Below, piece after piece: positions 1 to 11,223 of a stretch of 64,000 nucleotides of DNA. The notes beneath the pieces are model-generated. The model was not told where the DNA came from and did no database searches. It saw only the letters and a program-made list of their open reading frames with translations. The stretch lies in the NCBI RefSeq assembly GCF_009834535.1, contig NC_045697.1, forward strand, positions 25,546,001-25,610,000, in the 5' to 3' direction. How positions within the stretch are numbered: the stretch's first letter is position 1; each line of letters begins with the position of its first letter. This DNA comes from Camelus ferus. Taxonomy: Eukaryota. A program made the translations under genes and the position numbers.

Positions 1-906
1 CTATGTCTGGAAGTTAATAAAATGAAACTCTGGAGAAATAATAAGATTGGTTTCATCACACATAGAGACTTCCAGCCATTTCCACTGAAGCCAATAATTT
101 GTCATACTGCAAAAAGAGGAGCACAATTAGCAGCAGAGGAGCCCTACAGTTTTTGTGCAGACTGTGCTCTCGTCAATGAAAAAAGGAAAATACAGCCTCT
201 CCTAGACAGACACTCCATATTCATCCCAATAAGCCATGCCATTTGAAAATAACATTTCTGACCTTTCCCACTCTCAATTCTGCCTTTCCGTCTCTGGAGC
301 CTACTTTACCCCGGGTATATACCGTATATAAATTATAAATACCCTAAGCACACAGACATTCACTAGTGCTTTTGTTGTTGTTGTTGTTAACATTTTTGTC
401 AGAGCTTGGGTTTCTAAGAAAACTTTTTTGACATCTTAACTATTTAAGTGTCACTTCTTAAATTTCAACATTTTTAAGGGAAATATTTTTAAATTATTAG
501 ACTTCCCTGACTTCTTAAACAGAGTGTGTGGAACTTAATTTCATCTTTCCTGATTACTCCACTGTTACGCTAGAAAATCGCTGCAGATTTAACAAGGCTC
601 TTGTGAGATGTGTGGTTAGAAAAGTCATACTATGAATCTTGGATTCTTGAAAAATCCTCTAATGATGGCTTATTTATCTGTCTGTCTTGCTTCCAGTTCA
701 CAAAGGTGAATTTGACTCCATGGGCATTAGAACATAGAACTTCTGCTAGACAGATTATTAAATCAAATGTTACATCAGTGTCTTACCCTCTAGAAAATAT
801 TTTGTCCTATTTCTATCAATTTTAAAACTTGAGACTAGCATTTAAAACTTCATGTTTTTTTTTTTCATAGAGAGTTTAATTAAGTACAAACACCACTTCT
901 ACTTAC

Positions 907-1133
907 TTTAAAATTGTTCCAATTTGTTGTTGTTGTCACTATCAGAGCAAAAGCATCTGGACCTAAATTTAACTGAAAGCCCAAAGTTGAAAGCTTTGGA
1001 GTTAATGGTATTAAAGACCCAATCTGATATCAGTGTCCTGATTATTGCACCATTTCTGTTGTCTTGATTTCTATTTTCTTGATCAAAAGAGGTCGTGTTT
1101 TGATATGCTGAGGCCTTGAATCCAACTCATATA
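907..1133 (-). pseudogene. Candidate exon (227 nt) of a disabled or non-coding minus-strand spliced gene
   Basis: Minus-strand acceptor tttgtttcttttatgccacag| and consensus donor AAA|gtaagt. One frame is open for 72 codons (VGFKASAYQNTTSFDQENRNQDNRNGAIIRTLISDWVFNTINSKAFNFGLSVKFRSRCFCSDSDNNNKLEQF) but is bracketed by TGA and TAA inside the exon. Confidence 0.35.
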
Positions 1134-1299
1134 CTGTGGCATAAAAGAAACAAAGGTAGCCACCTTACTTTTCATCACATAGTAACTGGTAAGCAAGCAT
1201 CAGTCTACCGCTGAACCAGATTTGAAAGCAGGTCCATCTTGTTTCTGCTGATGGTCTACAGCACTATTTCGCCTAAATTTTGTTACTGATATTATTTCC

Positions 1300-2323
1300 T
1301 TATTTTTCTTGTAATGTGCTTATGATGTTATGATATTCAGTCTTTAGTTCCTCATACTGGTAACTTGTATTCTCTCTCAATTTCTCCTCCTCTCTTTAAA
1401 TATTTAGTCTATTTATATGTTTATCAGTTTTACAGATATTTTTCACAGAAGCAGCTTTCAATTTTGTTGACATTATCTACTATTTTTTTCATTGGTTTCC
1501 ATTACTATCTATATTATCATTTATTTGTGGCATTTGAGGCTACAGTTTCCTTTAAAAAACACTTTAGCTGCACCTCCAAGTTTCGATAGGCTATGTGTTT
1601 ATTTTCACTCAGTTTCAAAATAATTTCTAACTTTTCTGTGATTTCATAATCAAAAGTTAATGTTGAGGTGGTGATGATACTTGATTTATTTTTAAGCATT
1701 TGGGATTTTTCTAGGGATTTTGTAATTAAATACTATAATGGACAGGAACATCCTTCGTATGATGTTTTTAAAAGTTTAAATTTTGTTGATATATGTTCTA
1801 TGACTTATCTTGTGGTCTAATTTGTAGAATGCTCTATTAATATTTGAAAACAAAATGTTGACATTTTAAAATTGAGTGTTCTATAAGTATCAATTAAGTT
1901 ATTTTATTTGGTACGTTTCTTCAATTCTTTTATATTTATTATGTATTCAGCATGCCCAATCATCATTTCTCTGTGTAGGTCTCTATCTCCACCTGGTATA
2001 ATTTCCATTTTGTTTGAGAACCTGCTTTCTCTAAAACATTTATTGTATTTCATCTTAAAATCTTACTTTTCTTTAACATATATTAAATTGTAGAACTGTT
2101 GGTTCCAAATTCCTTTTGTTTTTATTCTTTGGAAAATATATAAATTTTTTTCGTTTTAAAGGCTGTTCTCACTGGATATAATACTCTCTGTTGACAGAAT
2201 TTTTTGGCTTGTTTTGTTTCATAACTCTAATGAAGTTGTTGTAGTGTCTTCTAGTTTGCATAGTCTGGAATCATCCCTGTATGTATTCCTCTGTACAAAA
2301 TAGATAGATAGGTAGATAGATAC

Positions 2324-2354
<31 letters not shown>

Positions 2355-3430
2355 CATAGATACATAGATACATAGATACATAGATACATAGATAGAGATA
2401 GAGATATATCTTTTTTGGCTTCCGTAAAGACTTTTTTCTCATTACTTGTTTTAAGCAATTTTATTATCATATGTTTTGGTGAAGAATTTTTTAATTTACT
2501 TTTTGAAGGAGTGCCTTAATATTTATGTATTTGTGGATGTATTTTTCAATAAATTTGGGAAAGTATCACTCAGGTTTTCATTAAGCCACTTCTCTCATAT
2601 GTTAGACCACTGAGCTTCAATCCACGGATCACTGAGACTCTTTTTTTAAGGTTTTTTTTTTTTCAGTCATTTTTCTTTCTGTGCTTCAGTCTGAAGACAT
2701 TCTGCTGCTGTGTTTTTGAATTCCCTGAGATTTTCTTTCTGCAGTGTTTGATTCACCAGTAGTCATATGCAGTGGGATTTTCAATTCAGATACTATAGTT
2801 TTCACTTCAAGGAGTTCTACTTGAGTCTTGCTTTGTATTTTCAATTTATGTCTTCATTATATTCATCTTTTCCTATAAATGCTGGTAAATAGTTTTTAAC
2901 AGCTGTTTTAACATCTGTCTGCTAACTCTGCAATTTTTTACTTCTAGTTTTCTACAGGCTAAATTTTTTATCTTGATGGTTCTGCTTTTTGTTACATCTA
3001 TTAATGTTTGATTAGATGCTAGAGTCTGTAATTTTGTTTTTCTGAATGTCTAGATTTTGTTTTCTTCCTTCAAAGAATATCCATTTAATTACTTCAGGTA
3101 CAGGATTTAAGACTTACTAACGTGGTTGAAAAGTAGCCTTTACTCCAGGTGTCATTTACCACTAATAATAAATCATGACACTCCTGGAGTCTCCACTGAA
3201 GACGACTGGGACTCCCTTGGATTCTGCACCCTGGCCAGAACATCTCACTGCCTTGTGTGAGCTCTGGGAACTGGTCAGCTTACACGTCCCTGACTGTTTT
3301 TGCCTTGTCTTGTGGAATTTCACTCTACTGATTGAAGGGCCAGTACTCAGTAATCACTCATGACAACTCCCAAGCAGATTGTAGAGCTGTTTTCTGCATA
3401 GCTCATTCATTTCTGGAGCTCTGCTTTCTA
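1300..3430 (-). mobile_element. Old degenerate L1 (L1M-type) fragments
   Basis: T-rich antisense L1-like text such as ctttagctgcacctccaagtttcgataggctatgtgtttattttcactcagtttcaaaataatttctaac. No intact ORF; boundaries approximate. Confidence 0.7.
2301..2408. repeat. Compound (TAGA)n/(TACATAGA)n microsatellite
   Basis: Read directly; it explains the low-complexity ORFs at 2219-2470. Confidence 0.95.
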
Positions 3431-3477
3431 ATATACTATCTCAGTTTCCCTATCTATATATAGATTTTATATATATA

Positions 3478-3479
<2 letters not shown>

Positions 3480-3520
<41 letters not shown>
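3480..3520. repeat. (CA)n microsatellite
   Basis: About 20 CA units, preceded by a TA run. Confidence 0.95.
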
Positions 3521-3524
<4 letters not shown>

Positions 3525-3792
3525 AAAATTGTAAGGACTCAAATAATAAAGGTTTTGATCAAATTTTACCCACAAATAATAAACAGAATAAATGCAGAAA
3601 ACATTTTCAAGATGTTACGAAGCTAGGAACTTGCCATTTAGTGTACTCCAGTTTACTAATGTCTCCTTGTAAGTGATACACAGACCTGAATCTGTATCTC
3701 CAACTGGGTTCGCAGAAATTTGGTTAAGATCTATATTTTAAGCTTCCCTCATTCCCATCCCACCAAGTTCGGTGGAGGGACAAGTCTCCCAC

Positions 3793-3850
3793 TTGCATAT
3801 TCAAAAATCGAGAGTATTCCTTTTTCCAACACTCCCTGAGAAGGTATCTC
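3793..3850 (-). other. Candidate 58-nt exon of the minus-strand unit
   Basis: tcttgtgtag| acceptor and CAA|gtggga donor. Two frames are open (RYLLRECWKKEYSRFLNMQ or EIPSQGVLEKGILSIFEYA). A 108-nt intron separates it from the exon at 3959. Confidence 0.3.
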
Positions 3851-3958
3851 CTACACAAGACTCAACTTTCTAATGTGTTTTGTAAGAAATCCCTGTAAGT
3901 CTTCATGTATTGTCTTGCATTTAAAAAAAAAAAAAAAATCCCTCTGAGAAAAGATTAC

Positions 3959-4021
3959 CTAATTTCCGGGGCTGGAAAGTGCGATGGTGGTTCTGACAAG
4001 TCAGGCATTGACTCCATCAAA
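3959..4021 (-). other. Candidate 63-nt exon (or 3' end of a first exon) of the minus-strand unit
   Basis: Acceptor ttcaatttctctaacaag| and donor TAG|gtaatc. The phase 2-2 frame is open: LMESMPDLSEPPSHFPAPEI. Confidence 0.35.
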
Positions 4022-4730
4022 CTTGTTAGAGAAATTGAACTTTACAACACACAACAGGAAACTGAGTTGGGATGTCCTAGTGATCCTTAACTGCTCCTTA
4101 TTGAGAACTGATACTTCACTTCTTCTTTCTGTTCATTTTTTAAATTTTTTTGTTACTTCATTTCCTAACAATTAAATAAACATCACAGTAAACTGTTAGA
4201 AAATGGCACGACTTGTTTTCTCAGTAGAATAATTTCATCTTGTAAGGAATATTTTGCTGTGATGAATTTTTATTTGTTTTTATTCTCATCTTTGTATTAA
4301 GAGGGAGTAGTATAACACTGAAAAATGATTTATGCCCGTTTAACTTAATAAATCATACAGATTAAAAAAAACTTTATCAGTGTGATATCATTCTCCTTTC
4401 TATTCTTCTCCATAAACTCTGTTCCTCAGTAACACCTCCCTAGTTTAGGGAAAATTGCTAGAAGCAAGACTGCTTAGGTTATTTTATAGCCAGTTTAATT
4501 CTTGACCTCTTCACTTACACTGTCAAAAGTGTCAATTATTGTCAGAAATACCAGTAGCTTTTTTTAAAGTTCTCATCCTTTTACGTAAGTTTGGGATAGG
4601 TTACTTTACATTGACCTTGAGCCAAATTGTCATACCTTATGAATATCAGATGATTACCAATATGGTCCATTATAGCTCTGACTTTAAATAAAATGGAATA
4701 GAGTTTATTGAGACAAACGTCTTCAATTTT

Positions 4731-4917
4731 TTTTAACATTTTTTTATTGAGTTATAGTCATTTTACTATGTTGTGTCAAATTCCAGTGTAGAGCACAATT
4801 TTTCAGTTATACATGAACATACATATATTCATTGTCACATTTTTTTTTTCGCTGTGAGCTACCACAGATCTTGTATATATTTCCCTGTGCTATACAGTAT
4901 AATCTTGTTTATCTAAA
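4731..4917 (-). mobile_element. Young 5'-truncated camelid-type L1 3' end with TSD
   Basis: Poly-T followed by ...tccagtgtagagcacaatttttcagttatacatgaacatacat...; TSD gtcttcaatttt at 4719-4730 and 4918-4929; TT|AAAA endonuclease site on the minus strand. Confidence 0.9.
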
Positions 4918-5070
4918 GTCTTCAATTTTAAGTATTTTAGGCTATGTATACATCTCTAAGCTAATTTTTTTATGTTTCTTATTTATATCTAAACCATTTA
5001 TTTTCATTATATGTCAAAAATGTCTATGGTTACTCTTACTCCTAAACAACAGCTCCTTTGTCTTATCCTC

Positions 5071-5440
5071 TGTGGACAAAGAATGTCACCTGCCATATCA
5101 GTAAATAAATGAATGTTACAGCCATCAAGCCATCAGCCATTTGCAGCTGCCCTGACTGCCTGAGTTCAGGGAGAAAAGCAAGATACTGGCCTTCGATAGT
5201 TAAGGTGTGTATCAAAGGAATAATTTCAATTATTCTTGCATCTTCCCATACATGAAAAAGTACTAAATTCATTAACCTGAGATTGCTGGTTTCCTTTAAT
5301 TAACAGCAATCTTTTGTTGTTCCGACTACTTAGATTTTGTTGCAAAACTTCCTATGTATCCTGTCACCTCCCTTACCTCTTAGGAGCCGTCCCTCAGAGC
5401 TATGTGAGAGGCTGTCTTCTGAGCTTAATCCTCAGCACAT
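5071..5440 (+). mobile_element. ERV solo LTR (probably 3'-truncated)
   Basis: Starts TGTGG. LTR-like body (cttgcatcttcccatacat...tccctcagagctatgtgagaggctgtctt) resembles artiodactyl ERV1 LTRs. Confidence 0.65.
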
Positions 5441-5782
5441 TTTGAAACCCTCATTATCCATCATGTTTACTTTAGTATACCTTCCTTTATATACATTAAA
5501 TACTGAAAATGCTTTTTATAAAACCAAAAATATGTTGTGATCCTTCTTACCTTTAAGGTTTAACGTTTACTATTGGAATTACAGAAAAAAAATTGAGAAT
5601 ACTTGAAGCTTTGTACCAAAGACAATGGCTTCCAAAGCTTCTTATTTAAACGAGGCAATGGATTCCAAAAAAAAAAAAAAAAAGAAAGAAAGAAATAGAA
5701 AAAAAAAAGGAATTGAGATCAATCAGCATCTCCTTCTCTCCACCTTCTTCCAGGCTTGTTGAAGACAGAATTTGAGATTTAC

Positions 5783-5892
5783 CTTCTCTTTCTTTAACAT
5801 GTTTTGTATAGAAAAGAAATCACCTGAATATCATGATGAATCATTTATTCTGTCTTTAATCCGAAGTTATACTGGGACCAACTATGATTTAC
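5783..5892 (-). other. Candidate exon of the minus-strand unit (alternative donors at 5824 and 5783)
   Basis: gttcttggtgtttttag| acceptor; donors CAG|gtgatt (69 nt; VNHSWSQYNFGLKTE*MIHHDIQ) and AAG|gtaaat (110 nt). Confidence 0.3.
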
Positions 5893-6260
5893 CTAAAAAC
5901 ACCAAGAACTGGTGAATCATACATTACACAAAAATTCCATGTAAATGTGAACCGTTTTAAATATGAAACCAATGGAGGGTAGATTCTATTGAAGGAGAGG
6001 GAGAGGAAGAAGGAGAGGAAAGCTAATGATCGTTCCTTTCAGCCCGGCAGCATGTCCTACTCGGAACTTCAGCTTCAGCATTAGCTGACAGGAGGAAAAC
6101 GCTTTCGGATTAGACTGTCTTCACTTTCACCTGTGATCATGTATTACCTTTCCATGTGTCCCTGTAAGATTTTCCTGAAACCAATGGAAGGGGAAACAAG
6201 ACTTCTAAGAAAATTTCAGGGAATGTTTGAGTAGCGGAGGGATTGATAAAAACGGAAAAA
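5850..6260. promoter_or_regulatory. Putative promoter/enhancer
   Basis: Local CpG retention. Two exact TGAAACCAATGGA (CCAAT) copies at 5964-5976 and 6176-6188. Inverted TAATCCGAA pair at 5857-5865 and 6104-6112. IRF-like TTCACTTTC at about 6120-6128. Confidence 0.35.
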
Positions 6261-7049
6261 CCAGAACAGTTTCCAAAAGCAGATGGAGACCTGAGTTAGC
6301 AAAACAAAACTGTCTACTTATTATAGTTCTAAATAAGAAATAAATTGCTTTGTAGGATTCGTAATCCCAGCTAACCACAATATTCATGCAGAAGCCAGAG
6401 ATACTGGCTGGAAACCTTAACCTAAAAGTTAAAAGTTGAGAGTAGAAAAATCAACACTAATACTTCATGTCTTTCTAAATTGACTTTTTCAGTAGTGAAA
6501 AATGATTCTGGAGTATCAATATTTGTGTAGAGTATAGAGAAAACTTCAAGAGGAAAAGACTTACAGCAAGAAAACCAACATAAATGCTAATCGTTAGTTA
6601 AGTTATTAGGTCATTAAAAATAATCATTTCCCCTGATTTGTAATCTGAATTGTGATCACAGCTATGTGAAAATCAGTCATGTTAGCATATCACTGATGGT
6701 TTGAACGCCCAATTATGAAAGGCTCAGAAGACAGCTAATGGCTCATATCATATGAATTTGTAGAGAAAATTAAATATAATACTTAATGAAGCATAGAGGC
6801 TATCAGTGCTATTACCTATAAACACTTGCAGAAAATAAAAAGGAGGATTAGTATGTGTTGCTCCAAACCCTCAAGTGACATATGGCAAGGTCAACTGGAA
6901 AGGATGAGAAAATATTAGAATGTTGTAAACAGATGGCGACAGTTGTGAATTTTAAAGAGAAACAACCCTTTAAAAGATGGAAATATACTTCTACTTTAGG
7001 ACATTCTTTTTAAAGAGAGTACATATTCAAAGATAACCATGAATACGTC

Positions 7050-7539
7050 TGTGATTTCATGTGGTACCAACTGGTGCCTGCCAAGGCTCTGTGACTCCCA
7101 TTCCCAGGCTCTCAGCTATCTGAGTGCAATCCCTCAAAAAAACAAGCACACCCTTTTCTGATGTGTGTTTACCCTAGCGGAATTAATAGTCCTGGGAAAT
7201 GGCTAACCTCACAACAGCTAAGGCTGACTTGTCACAGCCCACATTCCTCTTTCTTGGAGTCATAAATCCCACTGCCTCACACAGACCCTAATTCTCCTAC
7301 ACCCACTACCAGTCAAAAACTTGTGTACGAGTTATTCGTGCAACCCCCTCTGTTCACCAACTCCTTCCCATAAAAGACCTCAGCAACTGACCCTTGTGCT
7401 CACACAGGCACCTCTCGGCTGTGGCCTGCTGTTGCCTGTAGCAGCCTATCTATTACACTTCCCTTTTTCTCTTAAACCTTCTTTGTCTGTGGTGAATTCT
7501 TTTACCGGCTGTGACGCTGGCTCACCATGTCCCACAACA
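7050..7539 (+). mobile_element. ERV solo LTR
   Basis: TG...CA termini, TATA-like cataaaag at about 7369, U5-like gtggtgaattcttttacc near the 3' end. Confidence 0.65.
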
Positions 7540-7630
7540 TTCCAGGCATGAGAAAAATAGCATTATGACTTCAATTTTTATTTTGGGTGATTTTAAACTT
7601 TATAATAACTAAAGAAGGTAAAATGGATAG

Positions 7631-8578
7631 CATATTCGTCAAGTGTCTCCAGAGAAACAGAACCAATAGGAGATATACAGATCTTCCTTGATTTATGCTG
7701 GGGTTACATCCTGAAAAGCCCATCACAAATGGAAAATATCGTAAATCAAAAATGCATTGACTACACCTAACCTACTGAACACTAGAGCTTAGCCTAACCT
7801 ACCTTACATGTGCTCAGAACATTTCCACTAGTCTACAGTTGGGCAAAATCATCTAACACAAGGCCTATTTCATAATAAAGTGTTGACTAGCTCATGTAAT
7901 TTATTGGATACTGTACTGAAAGTGAAAAAGAGAATGGCTGCCTGGGTACTGAGCAGTTTTGAGTGTATCAGTGGATTACCTTTGAGATCGTGTGGCTGAC
8001 TGGGAGCTGCAGCTCGCTGCCCCGGCCTCACATCATGGGGGAGTATTATAGTGTATATCACTCACCCAGAAAATGATCAAAATTCAAAGTACAGTTTCTA
8101 TTAAATTCACTTTTGCACCTTCATAAAGTTGAAATATCATTAAGACGAATCATCGTAACCAGGGATCATCTGTCCAGATATCTCCAATTTATTAATGAAT
8201 CTAATAATTGGCTTACACAATTATGCAGACCAAGAAGTTGCATAATCTGTAGTTTTTGAGCTGGAGAATTTGGAAAACCAGAACCTGGAGAGCCCGTAGC
8301 CTCAAGAGCCGAGGTGCCAGTGTCTGAAGGCAGGAGAAGATGGATGTCTCAGCTCAAACAGAGAGAAAATTTGCCTTTTTATCACCATTTTGTTCTATTC
8401 AGGCCCTCAATGGATTGTGTGACACCCATCTGATTGGTGAGGGTGATCTTTACTCAGTTTCCCAATTCAAATGAGAATCTCGTTCAGAAACACCGTGACA
8501 GACACACTCAGAAATGTTTTACCAGCCATCTGGGCCCTGCCTAAGTCCAGTCAAGTTGACACATAAAATCACATCACA
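7631..8578 (-). mobile_element. MLT2 (ERVL) LTR, interrupted by MER47/Tigger5
   Basis: tctccagagaaacagaaccaatagg start and cagtcaagttgacacataaaat..catcaca end. 5-bp TSD gatag (7626-7630) / ggtag (8579-8583). Confidence 0.9.
7678..8172 (+). mobile_element. MER47/Tigger5-type non-autonomous DNA transposon
   Basis: CAGAT...ATCTG termini and the characteristic tagcctaacctaccttacatgtgctcagaaca...tacagttgggcaaaatcatctaacaca segment; TA on the left flank. Confidence 0.9.
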
Positions 8579-9405
8579 GGTAGTACAAGTCAGAACATAG
8601 ACTTTTAATTTGGATTAACCTAAATTGAACTCATGTCCTGGGATTGTGAGACTGGCCAATTGAATACATCTCAATAGATAACTTTTAAACAATAATGATG
8701 GTCAGTTTTATAAAATGAGAATAATGAGGTGTTTGAACAGAGGAGTCAATAAAGAGACTATAAAAGTCATCTCAGCAATAAATAACAAACAAATTTCATC
8801 TGTTTGGATAACTCTGTCTAACTGATAATGATGCTCTAGAGCATGGCATGAAAATTCTGAGTCACCATTAAAACCTATAAGTGAAAAATATCATGATCAG
8901 TTAACAGTGTCTGCCCTGGACACAGGATAGGGAGATGTGTGCACCTCGGATTTACCAGTCCCAATCTCTTGTAAGCGTCTCCTCTTTGAAACTTCTCACC
9001 TCTATCCTAGAAAACAAAAAACTGAAACCAGAGAGATCATATGTCTGATAAGAAGGAATGTGGACTAGCTGTTAGTCTTTCCAATATTATCATAGTTTAT
9101 TCAATTCTGTTGCTATTTGGATTCTTAACGTAATGAAGTAAATTTATTTTTTTATGTATTCCTCTAGATTCAGTCTGTTCACTTGATTCCTCTCTATTTC
9201 TCTATTCCTCCTTATTTTAAATTGAGGGAGCAGATTTTATTTTTTATTATGCTAATGTTGAAAAATAAACACAACTACTGGGGATTGAATGTTTCAGTTA
9301 AAACTCTTATATGTCATAATAATGTCAGTGAGGCACTGTGACTATGGAGAACACTTAAAAATCAAACGGAAAGAGATAAAACATAATTAAGAGATTTGAA
9401 CTTAC

Positions 9406-9447
9406 CTTGCTTTATTTTTTAAAAAAATCTTTGATATTTACAACAAG
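9406..9447 (-). other. Candidate 42-nt exon of the minus-strand unit
   Basis: tgtttcttgctag| acceptor and perfect AAG|gtaagt donor. All three frames contain a stop (phase 0: LVVNIKDFFKK*SK). Confidence 0.3.
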
Positions 9448-10262
9448 CTAGCAAGAAACAATTTCATTTTGACAAAATTACATTATTTCAACCTACACAT
9501 AATTTGAATAACTTCTTTGAGTTAGCTACCATTCCAACAAATTTAAATTCACAATATTGTGTTCCACAGATATAGCATAAGCAAAAGGACATTGGTTAGT
9601 TCACCTAATCCTAAGACCAGTCTGCAGGTGACTTTTGCTCTTGCTTTATTGGCAAATACAGTATCTCTTAAAATTCAATAACCATATCTCCTTATGGGCC
9701 AAGTGGCTGATTTTTAAAGAGGTAAGTGACAAATTTTCTCAGCATGCCCTGAATGACGACCTCTGTTTCTCCTCTCTTGTTCCATAATATTTTCTGTGTT
9801 CTAAAACACGTATATTTTCTTGTGTTATCCCAATCTTTCCTCTGTATCTTCTACCATGTATATTGTGAAGGCATAAGGAACCTTCTCTTTTGCCAAGCAA
9901 ACTGTTAAAGCAGTGATCTTGGGGGGAAAGTTTGGAAAAAATACTAACTTCTAGTTTTGACTTTATGCAGTTTATGTAATTATATGATTTTAAATAAAAT
10001 AGTATATTAACTTTGAGAAAATTGGAATACTTTTGTAAAAGTTGCCTTTGTATTTTAAATTTCACTACAGTTTTTCTGGGCCTTTTACTGAATTATTACT
10101 GAAGCATCATCATAGTGAATGACACATAATATTATTTATAAGATTCTTATGAGAAGCATGATATATCTATTACTTATTTGATATTAAGAAGATATTTTAT
10201 ATACTTAAAATCTGAGCTAATATAATTTTGTTATTTCGTTGTCATATCTCTATTGGCTTCTT

Positions 10263-11209
10263 TTTTTTAAACATTTTTTAAATTAAGTTATAGTCAGTTT
10301 ACAATGCTGTGTTAATTTCCAGTGTAGAGCACAATTTTTCAGTTATACATGAACATACATGTATTCATTGTTGCATTCTTTTTTGCTATGAGCTACCACA
10401 AGATCTTGTATATATTTCCCTGTGCTATACAGTATAATCTTGTTTATCTATTCTACATATGCCCATCAGTATCTACAAATTTCGAACTCCCAGTCTGTCC
10501 CTTCCACCTCCTTCCCCCTTGGCAACCACAAGTTTGTATTCTATGTCTATGAGTCTATTTCTGTTTAGTATTTATGTTCTTTTTTTTTTTTTAAGATTCC
10601 ATATATGAGTGTTCTCAAATGGTATTTTTCTTTCTCTTTTTGGCTTACTTCACTTAGAATGACATTCTCCAGGGACAGCCATGTTGCTGCAGATGGCGTT
10701 ATGTTGTCATTTTTTTTATGGCTGAATGGTCCATTGTATAAATATACCACATTGCTTGTTTAGGTCTTCTGCTCATTTTTGGATTGGGTTGTTTGCTTTT
10801 TCTCATTAAGTCATATGAGCTGCTTATATATTCTGGAGATCAAGCCTTTGTCGGTTTCATTTGCAAAAATTTTCTCCCATTCCATAGGTTGTCTTTTTGT
10901 TTTACTTATGGTTTCCTTGCTGTGCAGAAGCTTGTACATTTCATTAGATCCCATTTGTCTATTCTTGCTTTTATTTCTATTGCTTGAGTAGACTGTTCTA
11001 GGAGAACATTTTTGAGATGTATGTCAGGTAATGTTTTGCCTATATTTTCTTCTAGGAGGTTTATTGTATCTTGTTTTGTGTTTAAGTCTTTGATCCATTT
11101 TGAGTTGATTTTTGTGTATGGTGTAAGGGAGTGTTCTGGCTTCATTGCTTTACATGCTGCTGTCCAGTTTTCCCAACACCATTTGCTGAAGAGCCTGTCT
11201 TTATTCCAT
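10263..11209 (-). mobile_element. Young camelid-type L1, 5'-truncated (ORF2 C-terminal part and 3' UTR), with TSD
   Basis: ORF2 peptides LFSKWCWENWTAACK...LTPYTKINSKWIKDLN and TWLSLENVILSEVSQKEKEKY. 14-bp TSD tctattggcttctt at 10249-10262 and 11210-11223. Confidence 0.95.
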
Positions 11210-11223
11210 TCTATTGGCTTCTT

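Noticed and set aside
2219..2470. YLSI/MYLC-repeat ORFs
   Set aside because: Translation of the TAGA microsatellite.
3790..3975. Minus-strand ...EIR and DTFSGSVGKRNTLD resembled my recollection of the N-terminus of a long SAMSN1 isoform
   Set aside because: The two pieces are out of frame across the intron, a stop follows at once, no further matching exons were found, and the reference is recalled and unverified.
9739..10065. 108-aa minus-strand ORF
   Set aside because: Non-ATG start, AT-biased composition, no recognisable domain.
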